From an uncultured Gammaproteobacteria bacterium (GTDB lineage: Bacteria; Patescibacteriota; Microgenomatia; UBA8517): a stretch of DNA of 51,351 nt. Positions within the stretch are counted from its first letter, which is position 1. Each line of letters begins with the position of its first letter. Below, one piece after another: positions 32,646 to 42,712 of this stretch. The notes under the pieces are model-generated. The model made no database searches. It was given only the letters and a program-made list of their open reading frames with translations, and was not told the DNA's origin. Location: the NCBI GenBank assembly GCA_964506225.1, contig CAZDKH010000012.1, forward strand, positions 1 to 51,351, read 5' to 3'. Made by a program: the position numbers and the translations under genes.

Positions 32646-35123
32646 ATGGGGGAGTTTATCTCTTGGCACTATTCTTCTGGACTTGATTATTATCTTCGAC
32701 AGTGGCTTTTTTTTATAGACTGGACTGTGCACTATTTTTCGTTACCTCTTCTTATGAAATCTTTATTTGCCCCTTGGAAACGCATGGTTATTTCTGATAA
32801 GACCCCGGGTTTTAATCCTTATTCTTATTTCCAAAAAGTGACTTTTAATTTAGTTTCAAGAATTGTTGGGGCGATGGCCAGAATAGCACTTTTCTCAGTT
32901 GGAGTTGTAATTTTGTTTTTGGCTTTTCCTATTGGTGGGCTTGGACTTTGGATTTGGTTAGTCCTTCCCATAGTAGGCTATCCCGCGTACCAGAACCATA
33001 AAGAGCGGTTAGAAGTTTTTATCAAGGAGCTTATTGACAGATTAGAGCGTGTCAAGGAGGATAATCTTCGTACTTTATTTACTAACGAGGCTGGAGAGTT
33101 TGTGTTGAAACGTCTTGGCCTTGTTCTAGAAAAGCTAACAAGCGGAGTTAACCCAAAATTGGTAAGAATTCCCCAAAAAGTTAAAACTTATCAAGATTTA
33201 GTAAGTGTATTTCTTAATGAAAATATTTGGTCGGATGAATTTTTTCGTAAAATTGGGATTGAGAAAGAAGACCTTTTGTGGGCCTGCTATTGGTGGGATC
33301 GAAGAAAAATTATTAAAAAAGGATTTGGTGATGGGAAATTTTATTTTGGAAGGCCGGGAATTGCACTTGAACTTTTGTTTGGTTACACGCCAAATCTTAA
33401 TCAGTACTCAGTAGATTTGGGTTTACCCCAGCCATACTCCCACAGGCTTATAGGCAGAGAAGAGATAGTTTCACGAATGGAGCGATCGCTTACCTCTGGT
33501 CACAGTGTAATAATTACTGGAAAGCCCGGGGTGGGTAAAAAGACAGTGGTTTTAGAATTCGCGTCTCGAGCAAGTAAGGGACAGCTTGGACCGGAAATGG
33601 CCTACAGGAGAGTGCTAGAACTTGATTACAATTCCTTATTATCAGAAACTCGTGACATCAACCTTAAAAAGACAAAATTTACCCAGATTTTAAATGAAGC
33701 AGCCAGTGCTGGAAATATAATTTTGGTTTTGCGTGATATCCATAGACTCATCAACCCTGAGGTTGAAGGATATGATTTTACTGATGTTTTTGAAGAATGT
33801 TTGGAAAAAAAGGAGTTAAAGGTAATAAGCATTATAAATAGCGTTGATTACGAGCGTTTTATAGCACCAAATTTAAGAATCAGAAAATATTTTGAAACCG
33901 TCGAGGTTGATCAACCAAGTAAAGAGGAGGCAATGAAAATTTTAATTGGAGCTTCCGATACTTGGGAAAATCTTAAGGGAGTTATTGTAACTGTTCCTGC
34001 CCTAAGAAAAATATTAGAAGGCAGTGACCGCTATATTACTGAGACCCCATTCCCTGAAAAAGCTCTAGAGTTATTGGATGCGCTTGTTATGTATCGAAAG
34101 CAAAAAGGTGGGGGAATGGTTAGTTCCGAAGATGTAAATATAATTATGTCCGAAAAAACAGGAATCTCCTTTGACAGACTTAGCCAAAAGGAAAAACACC
34201 ACCTTGAAAATTTAGAAGAGATAATTCACGAACGGCTAGTAAATCAGGATGTGGCGGTTTCTTTTATTGCCAGAAGCCTTCGTGCCAGAATGGTTAGCGC
34301 CACCAATCAAAATAGGCCAATTGGTTCTTTTTTGTTTTTAGGGCCAACGGGAGTGGGAAAAACCGAGACTGCCAAAGTACTTGCCCGAGTATATTATGGA
34401 AGCGAGAAAAGAATTTTGCGTTTTGATATGAGTGAATATGCAGGCAGTGAAGGTTTGAGCCGTCTTATCGGTTCGCAACAGCTAAATCAGCCCGGTGTTC
34501 TTACTACCTCAATCAAAAATCAGCCTGCAAGTTTACTTTTATTAGATGAAATCGAGAAAGCCCCGCGTGAGATTATTAATCTATTTTTAGCACTTTTAGA
34601 CGAAGGTATGATGACCGATGCCTTTGGAAGAAAGATTAACTGCAGACATCTTTTTGTAATTGGTACTTCAAATGCTGCTGCTGAGTATGTTAGGGAAGTT
34701 GTTTCAAGAGGAGTCAAGGGAGAAGAACTGCAGCAAAGTGTTATTAATTATGTCATGGAAAAGGGTCTTTTTTCCCCAGAATTTTTGAACCGTTTTGATG
34801 GAGTAGTAGTTTATGAGCCTCTGGGTATGCCGGAATTAACCAAGATAGCCAGAATTCTTCTTAGCGAACTTGCTTCCAACATAAAGTCAAAAAACATTTA
34901 CCTTGAAATAACTCCCTTGGTATGTCAAAAACTTGCCCAGGATGGTTATGATCCTGCTTTTGGTGCCCGTCCCATGAGAAGAATTGTAGATATTATTCTT
35001 GGTGATCTTTTAGGAAGAGCTATTTTGTCAGGGCAGATTAAAGAGGGTGATAGAATTAGGATTATTCCCGGAGTGAAACCTCAAGAGTATCACATAGAAA
35101 AAATTGAAGTTACAGCTTATTAA
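32646..35123 (+). CDS. ClpA/ClpB-like double AAA+ ATPase with N-terminal membrane segments (ORF track start 32592)
   Basis: GKPGVGKK and GPTGVGKTE, RFDMSEY, LDEIEKA, FGARPMRR; hydrophobic N-terminus; -10 box favours the ATG at 32646. Confidence 0.88.
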   Translation: MGEFISWHYSSGLDYYLRQWLFFIDWTVHYFSLPLLMKSLFAPWKRMVISDKTPGFNPYSYFQKVTFNLVSRIVGAMARIALFSVGVVILFLAFPIGGLGLWIWLVLPIVGYPAYQNHKERLEVFIKELIDRLERVKEDNLRTLFTNEAGEFVLKRLGLVLEKLTSGVNPKLVRIPQKVKTYQDLVSVFLNENIWSDEFFRKIGIEKEDLLWACYWWDRRKIIKKGFGDGKFYFGRPGIALELLFGYTPNLNQYSVDLGLPQPYSHRLIGREEIVSRMERSLTSGHSVIITGKPGVGKKTVVLEFASRASKGQLGPEMAYRRVLELDYNSLLSETRDINLKKTKFTQILNEAASAGNIILVLRDIHRLINPEVEGYDFTDVFEECLEKKELKVISIINSVDYERFIAPNLRIRKYFETVEVDQPSKEEAMKILIGASDTWENLKGVIVTVPALRKILEGSDRYITETPFPEKALELLDALVMYRKQKGGGMVSSEDVNIIMSEKTGISFDRLSQKEKHHLENLEEIIHERLVNQDVAVSFIARSLRARMVSATNQNRPIGSFLFLGPTGVGKTETAKVLARVYYGSEKRILRFDMSEYAGSEGLSRLIGSQQLNQPGVLTTSIKNQPASLLLLDEIEKAPREIINLFLALLDEGMMTDAFGRKINCRHLFVIGTSNAAAEYVREVVSRGVKGEELQQSVINYVMEKGLFSPEFLNRFDGVVVYEPLGMPELTKIARILLSELASNIKSKNIYLEITPLVCQKLAQDGYDPAFGARPMRRIVDIILGDLLGRAILSGQIKEGDRIRIIPGVKPQEYHIEKIEVTAY

Positions 35124-35227
35124 TAATTAAGGATATTTTCACGGAAATTTTATCTTCTTTTCAAAAAAGTAGTTATTTCTACTAAAGATTGACATTATAG
35201 GTATTATACATTTATACTGCTTTTTGT

Positions 35228-35845
35228 ATGACAGACGGATTTGGTACTACTCCTTCCACTCCCCAAAAAGAAGTGGGGTTTCCAGAGGTTGGTCCCAGCA
35301 AGAGTAAGTTTCCCAAGTGGTTACCCATTTTGCTTATTTTTGTGACCATAATTGTTCTTATTGTTGCAGCTTGGTTTATTCTTCAACCTCCCAAAGAGGG
35401 TGGCACTCTAACTCCTACCCCAACTCCTGCGCTGGGAGGAGAAACCTTCTCAGTTCCTACTCCAACTCCCACACCGACCATACAGCCTAAGAAACCTTCT
35501 ATACAAAGGTCTGAAGTGACTATTGAAATATTAAACGGCACAGGTATTCCCAAAGAAGCCAGTTTTCTTGAAGGAGAGCTTAAAAATATGGGTTATTCAG
35601 AGATTGAGACCGCAAATGCTCAAAAGCAAAATTACACTGCTACTGAAGTGACATTTGATTCTGATTTACCGGAGGAAGTTAGGACAGAAATTATCCAAAA
35701 ACTTCAAGACCTTTATAATAAGGTAGAAGTAAAAGAATACGACAAAGAAAAAGGCAAGGATATTCGCATTATCACTGGGGTTAGGAAAAGCGCTTCTAAC
35801 CTACCTACCGCCACACACTCACCCAGCCCTACTCCAACTCTCTAG
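35228..35845 (+). CDS. Membrane protein with LytR C-terminal domain and PT linker
   Basis: TM, TPTPTP, IEILNGTGIPKEA, DIRIITG. Confidence 0.85.
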   Translation: MTDGFGTTPSTPQKEVGFPEVGPSKSKFPKWLPILLIFVTIIVLIVAAWFILQPPKEGGTLTPTPTPALGGETFSVPTPTPTPTIQPKKPSIQRSEVTIEILNGTGIPKEASFLEGELKNMGYSEIETANAQKQNYTATEVTFDSDLPEEVRTEIIQKLQDLYNKVEVKEYDKEKGKDIRIITGVRKSASNLPTATHSPSPTPTL

Positions 35846-35866
35846 AAAAAGGGGTAAAATAATAGT

Positions 35867-36331
35867 GTGAATGCGGTTGATATAAGAGATATTTTGAATA
35901 AGAATTTTCAATTATTCGAAATTAGGGGAATAGTCTTTGCGCCCAATCTTGTTCAGGCTGTACTTATTGTACTTTTGTTATTTGCGCTGGTGATGACTCT
36001 GGCAAGACTAAGGCATATGTATGTTAAATGGTCTTTTAAGGCTGCTTATGCTTTTATCTTTATCGGTTTTTTATTAGCACTTATATTGGAAGGATTTCTT
36101 TTGTTGGGAGGAAGGACAATCTTAAGTAGTATTATAGGTTGGAAAAATCCGCCCGAACCCCTTGAGAAGGTACTTGACGTCAGCAGAGAAAAGATGGTTA
36201 AGGTCTTGCAAATCGAGAAAGAAATTCCCCAGTCAAATGCTATCTATCTTGATGCCGAAGATTTTGTTAATCTCTTTGAGAAGTTAGAAGATAAGGAGGC
36301 TTCTCGGGCAAAAGAACTAATCTGTAAGTAA
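35867..36331 (+). CDS. Hypothetical membrane protein
   Basis: Two hydrophobic helices. Confidence 0.7.
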   Translation: MNAVDIRDILNKNFQLFEIRGIVFAPNLVQAVLIVLLLFALVMTLARLRHMYVKWSFKAAYAFIFIGFLLALILEGFLLLGGRTILSSIIGWKNPPEPLEKVLDVSREKMVKVLQIEKEIPQSNAIYLDAEDFVNLFEKLEDKEASRAKELICK

Positions 36332-36343
36332 GTTTGCTATACT

Positions 36344-37432
36344 TTGGGTGTGCAAGTGAGAGAATTCCAAACAAAATTAAAAAGACTTTCTGGTCAGATA
36401 GAAGAAGTCAAAAAGAGTTTAAGATTTGATTCTAAAAAAGACGAGCTTAAAAGTCTAGAGGAGGTAGTGGCCAGCCCAACTTTTTGGCAGGACCAGGAAA
36501 AAGCAAAAGAGTTAATGCAACGCATTGGTGCTCTAAGGGAGGAAATAGCTACATTTGAAAAGTTGCAATCTGATTTATCTTCTTTGCTTGAACTTGCAGA
36601 AGAAAAAGAGTTTATAGGTGAGCTTGACTCAGAAATCATCAAGATTGAGGCGAGACTTAAGGAATTTCAAAAAAAAACCTATTTGTCAGGTGTATATGAT
36701 AGCAAAAACGCGATAGTTTCAATTCATGCAGGACAAGGTGGGGTTGAGGCGATGGATTGGGTAAGTATTCTTTTTCGAATGTACTTGCGTTTTTGTGAAA
36801 AGAGAAAGTGGGGGGTTCAAATCTTGGATGAAACTCCCGGAGAGGAGGCTGGATTAAAAAGTGTAGTCTTTAAAATAAGTGGAATGTGTGCATATGGTTA
36901 TCTGAAAAATGAGGCTGGTACCCACAGATTAGTCCGACAGTCCCCCTTCAATGCAGATAGATTAAGACAGACATCTTTTGCACTTGTCGAGGTTTTGCCT
37001 GAATTGGAGGAGGTTGACCTTCCTGATATTAAAATTAACGAGGATGATCTTGAATGGCAATTTTTCCGTGCTTCTTCACAGGGCGGACAGAATGTGCAGA
37101 AAGTTTCAACTGCCGTCAGACTTAGCCACAAGCCCACAGGCATTGTGGTTACTGCCCAGTCGGAGCGTTTTCAAGAACAAAACAGAAAAATTGCCCTTAA
37201 TCTTCTTCGAGCGAAACTTTGGGCTAGAAAACAAGAAGAAACACAAAAGACCAAAAGGCTACTTAAGGGAGAGTATCGTCCAGCAACATGGGGAACACAA
37301 ATTCGCTCTTATGTTTTACACCCCTATAAAATGGTCAAAGACTTAAGAACAGGAGTTGAAACTTCAAATACCGAGGCTGTTTTGGATGGAGAATTGGATG
37401 AATTTATCGAAGCAGAGTTGAGAATGTTGTAA
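36344..37432 (+). CDS. prfB: Peptide chain release factor 2, no programmed frameshift (start possibly GTG 36350)
   Basis: SPF and GGQ motifs, RSYVLHPY; continuous frame. Confidence 0.97.
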   Translation: MGVQVREFQTKLKRLSGQIEEVKKSLRFDSKKDELKSLEEVVASPTFWQDQEKAKELMQRIGALREEIATFEKLQSDLSSLLELAEEKEFIGELDSEIIKIEARLKEFQKKTYLSGVYDSKNAIVSIHAGQGGVEAMDWVSILFRMYLRFCEKRKWGVQILDETPGEEAGLKSVVFKISGMCAYGYLKNEAGTHRLVRQSPFNADRLRQTSFALVEVLPELEEVDLPDIKINEDDLEWQFFRASSQGGQNVQKVSTAVRLSHKPTGIVVTAQSERFQEQNRKIALNLLRAKLWARKQEETQKTKRLLKGEYRPATWGTQIRSYVLHPYKMVKDLRTGVETSNTEAVLDGELDEFIEAELRML

Positions 37433-37454
37433 AACTAATGTTATATTTAAGGGT

Positions 37455-37946
37455 ATGGAAAATCTAAACCAAGTTTTACCCCAAGAACAACCTAAACTAT
37501 CTCAGCCGTTGCCTTCAGTTGTCAAAAAGTTTCCGAAGCCCAACTTTAAAAATGTTATCTTTACTGCTTTGTTATCTTTTTTAGTAGTCTGTGCCGGCAC
37601 ACTAACTGGCTATTTTCTGGCTGGCGCCAAGTCCGAAGGTTCATCTTTCACCAAGGTGAATAGTCTTCTGCCAACAAGGCAAGGTGGTTCAAAAGAGCAA
37701 GGAGTGGCAGATGAGGGAGTTTTTAAAGATTCAGCTCAAGGAGTTTTGGAAGAGGGGGGAATTGAAGGGGAAGGAACTCATCATTTAGTTCGTGACGGGG
37801 GTCCTTCTCAATATGTTTATCTTACTTCTACCGTTATTGATCTTCAAAGTTTTGTGGGTAAAAAAGTAGAAGTATTTGGAGAAAGTTTGGCTGGTAAAAA
37901 AGCAGGCTGGCTTATGGATGTTGGCAAAATCAAAGTACTCGAATAA
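37455..37946 (+). CDS. Hypothetical single-pass membrane protein, possible OB-fold C-terminus
   Basis: TM followed by YLTSTVIDLQSFVGKKVEVFG. Confidence 0.7.
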   Translation: MENLNQVLPQEQPKLSQPLPSVVKKFPKPNFKNVIFTALLSFLVVCAGTLTGYFLAGAKSEGSSFTKVNSLLPTRQGGSKEQGVADEGVFKDSAQGVLEEGGIEGEGTHHLVRDGGPSQYVYLTSTVIDLQSFVGKKVEVFGESLAGKKAGWLMDVGKIKVLE

Positions 37947-38002
37947 ATAATTGTTCTTCCTGTGAGAATCTGTTAATCTTTTTGTATACCTTCATTTGTA
38001 TC

Positions 38003-38695
38003 ATGGTGGAGTTTATAAAAGTAAGTAAAAGTTTTGGAGCGATTAAGGCGCTTGATGACGTTTCTTTTAAAGTTGAAGATGGTGAGTTTGTATTCATAGT
38101 AGGGCCAACAGGCAGCGGAAAAACTACTCTTTTGAGGCTTCTTTTGGGAGAGTTTAGACCTTCAAGTGGAACTATTATGTTTAATAATCAAGATATCACC
38201 AAAATCAAGACCCGAGATTTACCAAAATTGCGCAAAAAGATTGGAGTTGTTTTTCAGGACTTTAAACTTCTTTCCGAAAGAACTATTCGTGAAAATGTGG
38301 AGATACCTTTGGCCATACACTCGGTCGAAACCAATAAATGGGAAGAGCGCCTCAAAACAGTCTTAGAGCTGGTTGGACTTTCTGATAGGGCAGATTTATT
38401 TCCTTCTCAACTTTCGGGTGGAGAGATTCAAAGAGCAGCTATTGCCCGTGCCTTGATTGTTAACCCTGATCTTATATTTGCAGATGAGCCCACGGGGAAT
38501 CTTGACTGGGAGACAGCTGAGGGTATTATGACTATCTTTCGCAAAATCAACGAGCAGGGAAAAACTGTCATTATTTCATCACACCACAAGGATTTAATTG
38601 CTAAAATAGGTAAAAGAGTACTCACGCTTAAGGAAGGAAAAATTATTTCGGATACAAAAATGACTGGAAAAACTAGAAAAGAAAAACAAAAATGA
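38003..38695 (+). CDS. ftsE: Cell division ATP-binding protein FtsE (ORF track start 37982)
   Basis: GPTGSGKTT, VVFQDFKLL, LSGGE, ADEPTGNLD; precedes ftsX. Confidence 0.9.
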   Translation: MVEFIKVSKSFGAIKALDDVSFKVEDGEFVFIVGPTGSGKTTLLRLLLGEFRPSSGTIMFNNQDITKIKTRDLPKLRKKIGVVFQDFKLLSERTIRENVEIPLAIHSVETNKWEERLKTVLELVGLSDRADLFPSQLSGGEIQRAAIARALIVNPDLIFADEPTGNLDWETAEGIMTIFRKINEQGKTVIISSHHKDLIAKIGKRVLTLKEGKIISDTKMTGKTRKEKQK

Positions 38696-39612
38696 TTAGA
38701 CTTCATCTGACAACTGCTCTTAGAAACTTGAGGCGTTCGCCTTTTCAGGCGCTAGCTGCAATTTCCGTTTTGACAATTACCTTTTTTGTGGCAACAATTC
38801 TTTCTCTTATAATTTATTCTTCGAACCAGCTTTTGAATTATTTTGCGACTCGTCCGCAAATTATTGCCTTTATTAAAAGTGATGCAACAGAGGAGGAAAT
38901 TAAATCCTTTAGAGAAAAAATTGAAAATGACAAAAGAATTAAAAACCTTGATTATGTGACTAAAGAAGAAGCACTTGAAATTTATAAGAATGCGACAAGT
39001 GATAATCCTCTTTTGGCGGAGCTTGTAGACCCTTCAATCTTTCCTGCTAGTCTTGAATTCTCGGTTACCGATCTTGAGTTTGCCGATGAAATAATTAAGG
39101 AGGTAAAGTCTGAAAAAATTGTTGAAACAGTTGGTTTTACTGCCAGTATAGGAAAAGAAGAGTCTTTAGGGGGAGTTGTAGAAAAACTACGCAGCATCAC
39201 CACCTATATCCGAGTAGGAGGAGTAATTAGTGTTGCGGTTTTAGGATTGACTTCATTTCTAGTCTTAACCGTGGTTATTGGTATGAGAATAGCCGCGCGT
39301 AAAGAAGAAATCGAAATTTTAAGCCTTTTGGGGGCAACACCCGGTTTTATCCGTCTTCCAGTCATGATTGAGGCTTTTAGTTATTCCTTTTTGGGTGTAT
39401 TGGTTGGATGGGTGGCAGCCTTTATCCTTATACTCTATCTAACTCCGTCTATTGTTAATTACTTTGGAGACATTCCAGTGGTTCCCCGAGAAACTGGTAA
39501 TTTTTTTGCTCTTTTGGGGATAATTCTTTTGCTGGAGATGGTTTCTGGCTTCATAATATCCTTTGTTGGGGGTTTTCTAGCAATTGCCAGAGCGCACAGG
39601 GCAAGAAGATGA
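38692..39612 (+). CDS. ftsX: Cell division permease FtsX
   Basis: TM-extracellular domain-3TM; RKEEIEILSLLGATPGFIRLP. Confidence 0.92.
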   Translation: MIRLHLTTALRNLRRSPFQALAAISVLTITFFVATILSLIIYSSNQLLNYFATRPQIIAFIKSDATEEEIKSFREKIENDKRIKNLDYVTKEEALEIYKNATSDNPLLAELVDPSIFPASLEFSVTDLEFADEIIKEVKSEKIVETVGFTASIGKEESLGGVVEKLRSITTYIRVGGVISVAVLGLTSFLVLTVVIGMRIAARKEEIEILSLLGATPGFIRLPVMIEAFSYSFLGVLVGWVAAFILILYLTPSIVNYFGDIPVVPRETGNFFALLGIILLLEMVSGFIISFVGGFLAIARAHRARR

Positions 39613-40757
39613 TAAGAAAGTGGAAAGAAGCTTTGCTATTATTGGCTCTTGTCTTTTGGGTAAAGGCAGTTTTGAATTTTAATAATTCTTCTGTCTTTGC
39701 CCAATCAAATGAAGAAAAACTCCAAGAGCTTAATCGGCAGATACAAGAATACCAAAGTCAAATTGCAAAACTCCAAGGCCAAGCAAATACCCTCTCAAAT
39801 CAAATAGCGCAGTTTGATGCACAAATACGCTTAACAGAGCTTAAGATCAGTCAAACAGAAGAGAAGATTATTCTTCTATCTGGAAGAATCGAGCAACTCA
39901 AATTATCGCTTAATTCTCTTTCAAGTGCATTTTCGTCAAGAGTGGTGGAGACTTATAAAATGACAAGGTTGGAGGACCATGCGTTTATCCTGACCTCCAC
40001 AAAAGATTTGGTAAAAGCTGTCTCGCGATTTCATTATCTAAAGATTATACAGGAGGCAGATCACAGTCTAATAAAAAGATTGCTTCAAGCTCAAAATACT
40101 TATGAGGACCAAAAGTTAAACCTAGAGGATCTCAAAACAGAGCTTGATAAACAGAAGAAGTCTCTTGATATCCAAAAAGCGGCAAAAGCACAACTTCTTA
40201 CGCTAACCAGGAATGACGAAAAGAGGTATCAAACTCTTTTAGCTCAAGCGCGGGCTGAGCTTGAAGCTATTCAGGCTATTATTGCCGGCCGTGGAGAGGA
40301 GACAGAAGTGGGAAGAGTAAACGAAGGGGATCGCATCGCAAGTATAATTCCGACTGCATCCGCATGCTCAAATGGGGCACATCTTCATTTTGAGGTTGTG
40401 AAAGATCGTGTCCATCAAAACCCTGCCAGCTTTTTAATACCCAAAGATGTTATTTGGGATAATGCCCCCGACTCTCCTTTTAGTTTTTCCGGCAGCTGGC
40501 AGTGGCCTATAAATGATCCGGTTAGAATTACTCAGGGTTATGGAATGACTTATTATGCCAATAATCTAAAGTATTACGGCGGCAACCCACATACAGGGTT
40601 AGACATGGTTAATGACAATAAAGATTACACTGTGAAAGCAGTGAAAAATGGTGTTTTATATCGAGGTGCTATAGGCTGTGGCGGGGGGACATTAAGATAT
40701 GTAAGAGTTCGACAAGACGACGGTTATGATACCTACTACCTGCACATAAGTTATTGA
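39609..40757 (+). CDS. Secreted coiled-coil murein hydrolase with circularly permuted M23 domain
   Basis: Signal peptide, PcsB/EnvC-like coiled coil, then HLHFEV before HTGLD and terminal YLH. Confidence 0.82.
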   Translation: MIRKWKEALLLLALVFWVKAVLNFNNSSVFAQSNEEKLQELNRQIQEYQSQIAKLQGQANTLSNQIAQFDAQIRLTELKISQTEEKIILLSGRIEQLKLSLNSLSSAFSSRVVETYKMTRLEDHAFILTSTKDLVKAVSRFHYLKIIQEADHSLIKRLLQAQNTYEDQKLNLEDLKTELDKQKKSLDIQKAAKAQLLTLTRNDEKRYQTLLAQARAELEAIQAIIAGRGEETEVGRVNEGDRIASIIPTASACSNGAHLHFEVVKDRVHQNPASFLIPKDVIWDNAPDSPFSFSGSWQWPINDPVRITQGYGMTYYANNLKYYGGNPHTGLDMVNDNKDYTVKAVKNGVLYRGAIGCGGGTLRYVRVRQDDGYDTYYLHISY

Positions 40758-40767
40758 CATTGAAAAG

Positions 40768-41640
40768 ATGAGGAAAATTTTTATTTGTTTACCTTTTTTA
40801 CTCGTATTTATATGTCCTTCTATCGTCGCTGCACAAGTTGTCATAAATGAATTTAGCTCAAATTCTAGTCCTGACTGGGTAGAGGTTTATAATAAATCTG
40901 AGGATGAAATTGACCTTTCAAATTACACTCTTTCAGACAGCTCTGCTTCAGGGAACACCAAAAACTTTTCTTGTATTTTAAAGCCCAAAGGATTTTATGT
41001 GGTTGAGTGGAGTAATAAACTTGATAACGCAGGGGATATCATCTATTTGAAGAAAGATGGATCAATTGTTGATTGTGTCAGTTACGGAGATGGTAATGGA
41101 AAATTATGTGATGGAGCCGAGAGTGTAAATTTACCTGCTCCTGAAGTTGGGCAATCTGGTGCAAGAAAGGCAGACGGCGAGAATAATTGGCTGATAAGTG
41201 AGCAAACTAAAGGCTATTCAAATATTGTTTCTCAAAAGCCGGAAGAAGTACCGACTTGTGTTTTACCAACTCCCACTCCAACCCAAGCTTTAACTCCTAC
41301 CCCAACGCCAACCCTTACTCCGAAACCAACCGTCACCCCCACACCAACATCCAACCCCAAGACAACACTTACCCCAACACCAAGGGCAACCCCCACACCA
41401 ACTCTTAAGGCAGGAAGAGAACAAGAAGAGCTTGTTTTGGGGGGCAGGAGTTTTTTAACTCCAACCCCCCCAGCAGGTGAACAATCTGAAAGTGGCTCGC
41501 CCAAAACCACGACAATTGCTGCAGTTTTGATTGTTTTAGGGGGAGGTTTAGCTTTGTTTTCAGCTTATTTATTTTTCAAAAAGTATTTAGCTGATTATAA
41601 TAAGGCAGATGACAAAATTGGAAGTTTCCTCAAGGATTAG
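40768..41640 (+). CDS. Lamin-tail-domain surface protein with PT linker and C-terminal TM anchor
   Basis: VVINEF...DWVEVYN...LDNAGDIIYL, (PT)n, VLG, TM. Confidence 0.85.
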   Translation: MRKIFICLPFLLVFICPSIVAAQVVINEFSSNSSPDWVEVYNKSEDEIDLSNYTLSDSSASGNTKNFSCILKPKGFYVVEWSNKLDNAGDIIYLKKDGSIVDCVSYGDGNGKLCDGAESVNLPAPEVGQSGARKADGENNWLISEQTKGYSNIVSQKPEEVPTCVLPTPTPTQALTPTPTPTLTPKPTVTPTPTSNPKTTLTPTPRATPTPTLKAGREQEELVLGGRSFLTPTPPAGEQSESGSPKTTTIAAVLIVLGGGLALFSAYLFFKKYLADYNKADDKIGSFLKD

Positions 41641-42046
41641 AAAATTTCTGCGTTTCTGGCTACCTGTTGTGATGTGGGCAGCTATAATTTTTGTTTTTTC
41701 AAGCCGGCCAACAGCAAGGACTTCAGAAATCCACTGGCAGGATTTTGTTGTCAAAAAAACTGCCCATATTATCTTATTTGGAGTACTTTGTCTTCTTTTA
41801 TATCGTGCACTCAGACAGGAGGGAATTGAAAAGAAAAACTCTGGACTTTATGCAGTAGTTATTACTTTTATGTATGCAGTAAGTGATGAGCTGCATCAAT
41901 CATTCACTCCGGGCAGGGAACCGACCTTTCGAGATATTATCTTTGATACAATAGGGGCATTGTCAGCTATTTATCTCATATGGAATACATTACCAAAACT
42001 GCCGCTGAGACTCAAAAAATTGGCGAAAGACTTTCAGCTTCTTTAA
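41609..42046 (+). CDS. VanZ-family membrane protein
   Basis: KKTAH, YAVSDELHQSFTPGR, DIIFD. Confidence 0.92.
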   Translation: MTKLEVSSRIRKFLRFWLPVVMWAAIIFVFSSRPTARTSEIHWQDFVVKKTAHIILFGVLCLLLYRALRQEGIEKKNSGLYAVVITFMYAVSDELHQSFTPGREPTFRDIIFDTIGALSAIYLIWNTLPKLPLRLKKLAKDFQLL

Positions 42047-42396
42047 AGGGTGGCGAGATAATTGCCCTCAAGGGAGCTCTTGGAGCTGGCAAGACTACTT
42101 TTATCCAAGGAATTGCCAGGGGGCTTGGTATTAAAAAAAGAATAATTTCACCCACCTTTATTATTGTTAGAACCTACAGGGTAGGCAAAATTAATTTTTA
42201 TCATGTTGATCTTTATCGTCTGGAAGGAAATTTAGAGCGAGAAATAGAAAACCTTGGTCTAAAAGATTTCTGGGGCAGGCCAGAAAATATAACAGTCATT
42301 GAATGGGCTGAAAAAATAAAAAGGCATCTACCCCCCGGGACTATTTGGATTAAATTTAAGTACTTAAGTCAAGACAAAAGACAGATAACTTGGTAA
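41980..42396 (+). CDS. tsaE: t6A biosynthesis ATPase TsaE
   Basis: LGAGKTT, SPTF, HVDLYR, IEW. Confidence 0.96.
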   Translation: MEYITKTAAETQKIGERLSASLKGGEIIALKGALGAGKTTFIQGIARGLGIKKRIISPTFIIVRTYRVGKINFYHVDLYRLEGNLEREIENLGLKDFWGRPENITVIEWAEKIKRHLPPGTIWIKFKYLSQDKRQITW

Positions 42397-42406
42397 TTCT
42401 GAAGTT

Positions 42407-42712
42407 ATGAAACTTTATATAGACACGTCTGACAGAGAGAAAATAATAGTTGGTCTTGATGAAAAAAGAATTGTCGCCAAAGCCAAAAAGGAGAAGTCCC
42501 AGCTTTTATTAAAGCTAATTCAAAAAATCATAAAAGACAGTGGTAAAAAATTTTCAGATATTTCTGAGGTTGAAGTGGTTAGAGGTCCCGGGTCATTTAC
42601 GGGTTTGCGTGTGGGAATTACCGTTGCAAACACAATCGCCTGGGTGCTCAAAATTCCAATCAACGGCCAAGATGTCCAAAAAAATGGGCCAATTGAACCG
42701 GTATACGAGTAA
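42407..42712 (+). CDS. tsaB: Short TsaB (N-terminal domain only)
   Basis: IDTS and GPGSFTGLRVG; 101 aa. Confidence 0.9.
   Translation: MKLYIDTSDREKIIVGLDEKRIVAKAKKEKSQLLLKLIQKIIKDSGKKFSDISEVEVVRGPGSFTGLRVGITVANTIAWVLKIPINGQDVQKNGPIEPVYE

Noticed and set aside
36410-36432. Possible prfB +1 frameshift site (TTTGAT)
   Set aside because: Reads in frame as TTA AGA TTT GAT; no in-frame CTT TGA and the ORF is continuous
41265-41405. Tandem-looking ACN-CCN repeats (also near 35410-35480)
   Set aside because: Degenerate codons of Pro-Thr linkers, not a CRISPR array or DNA-level repeat; antisense ORF 41232-41510 is their shadow
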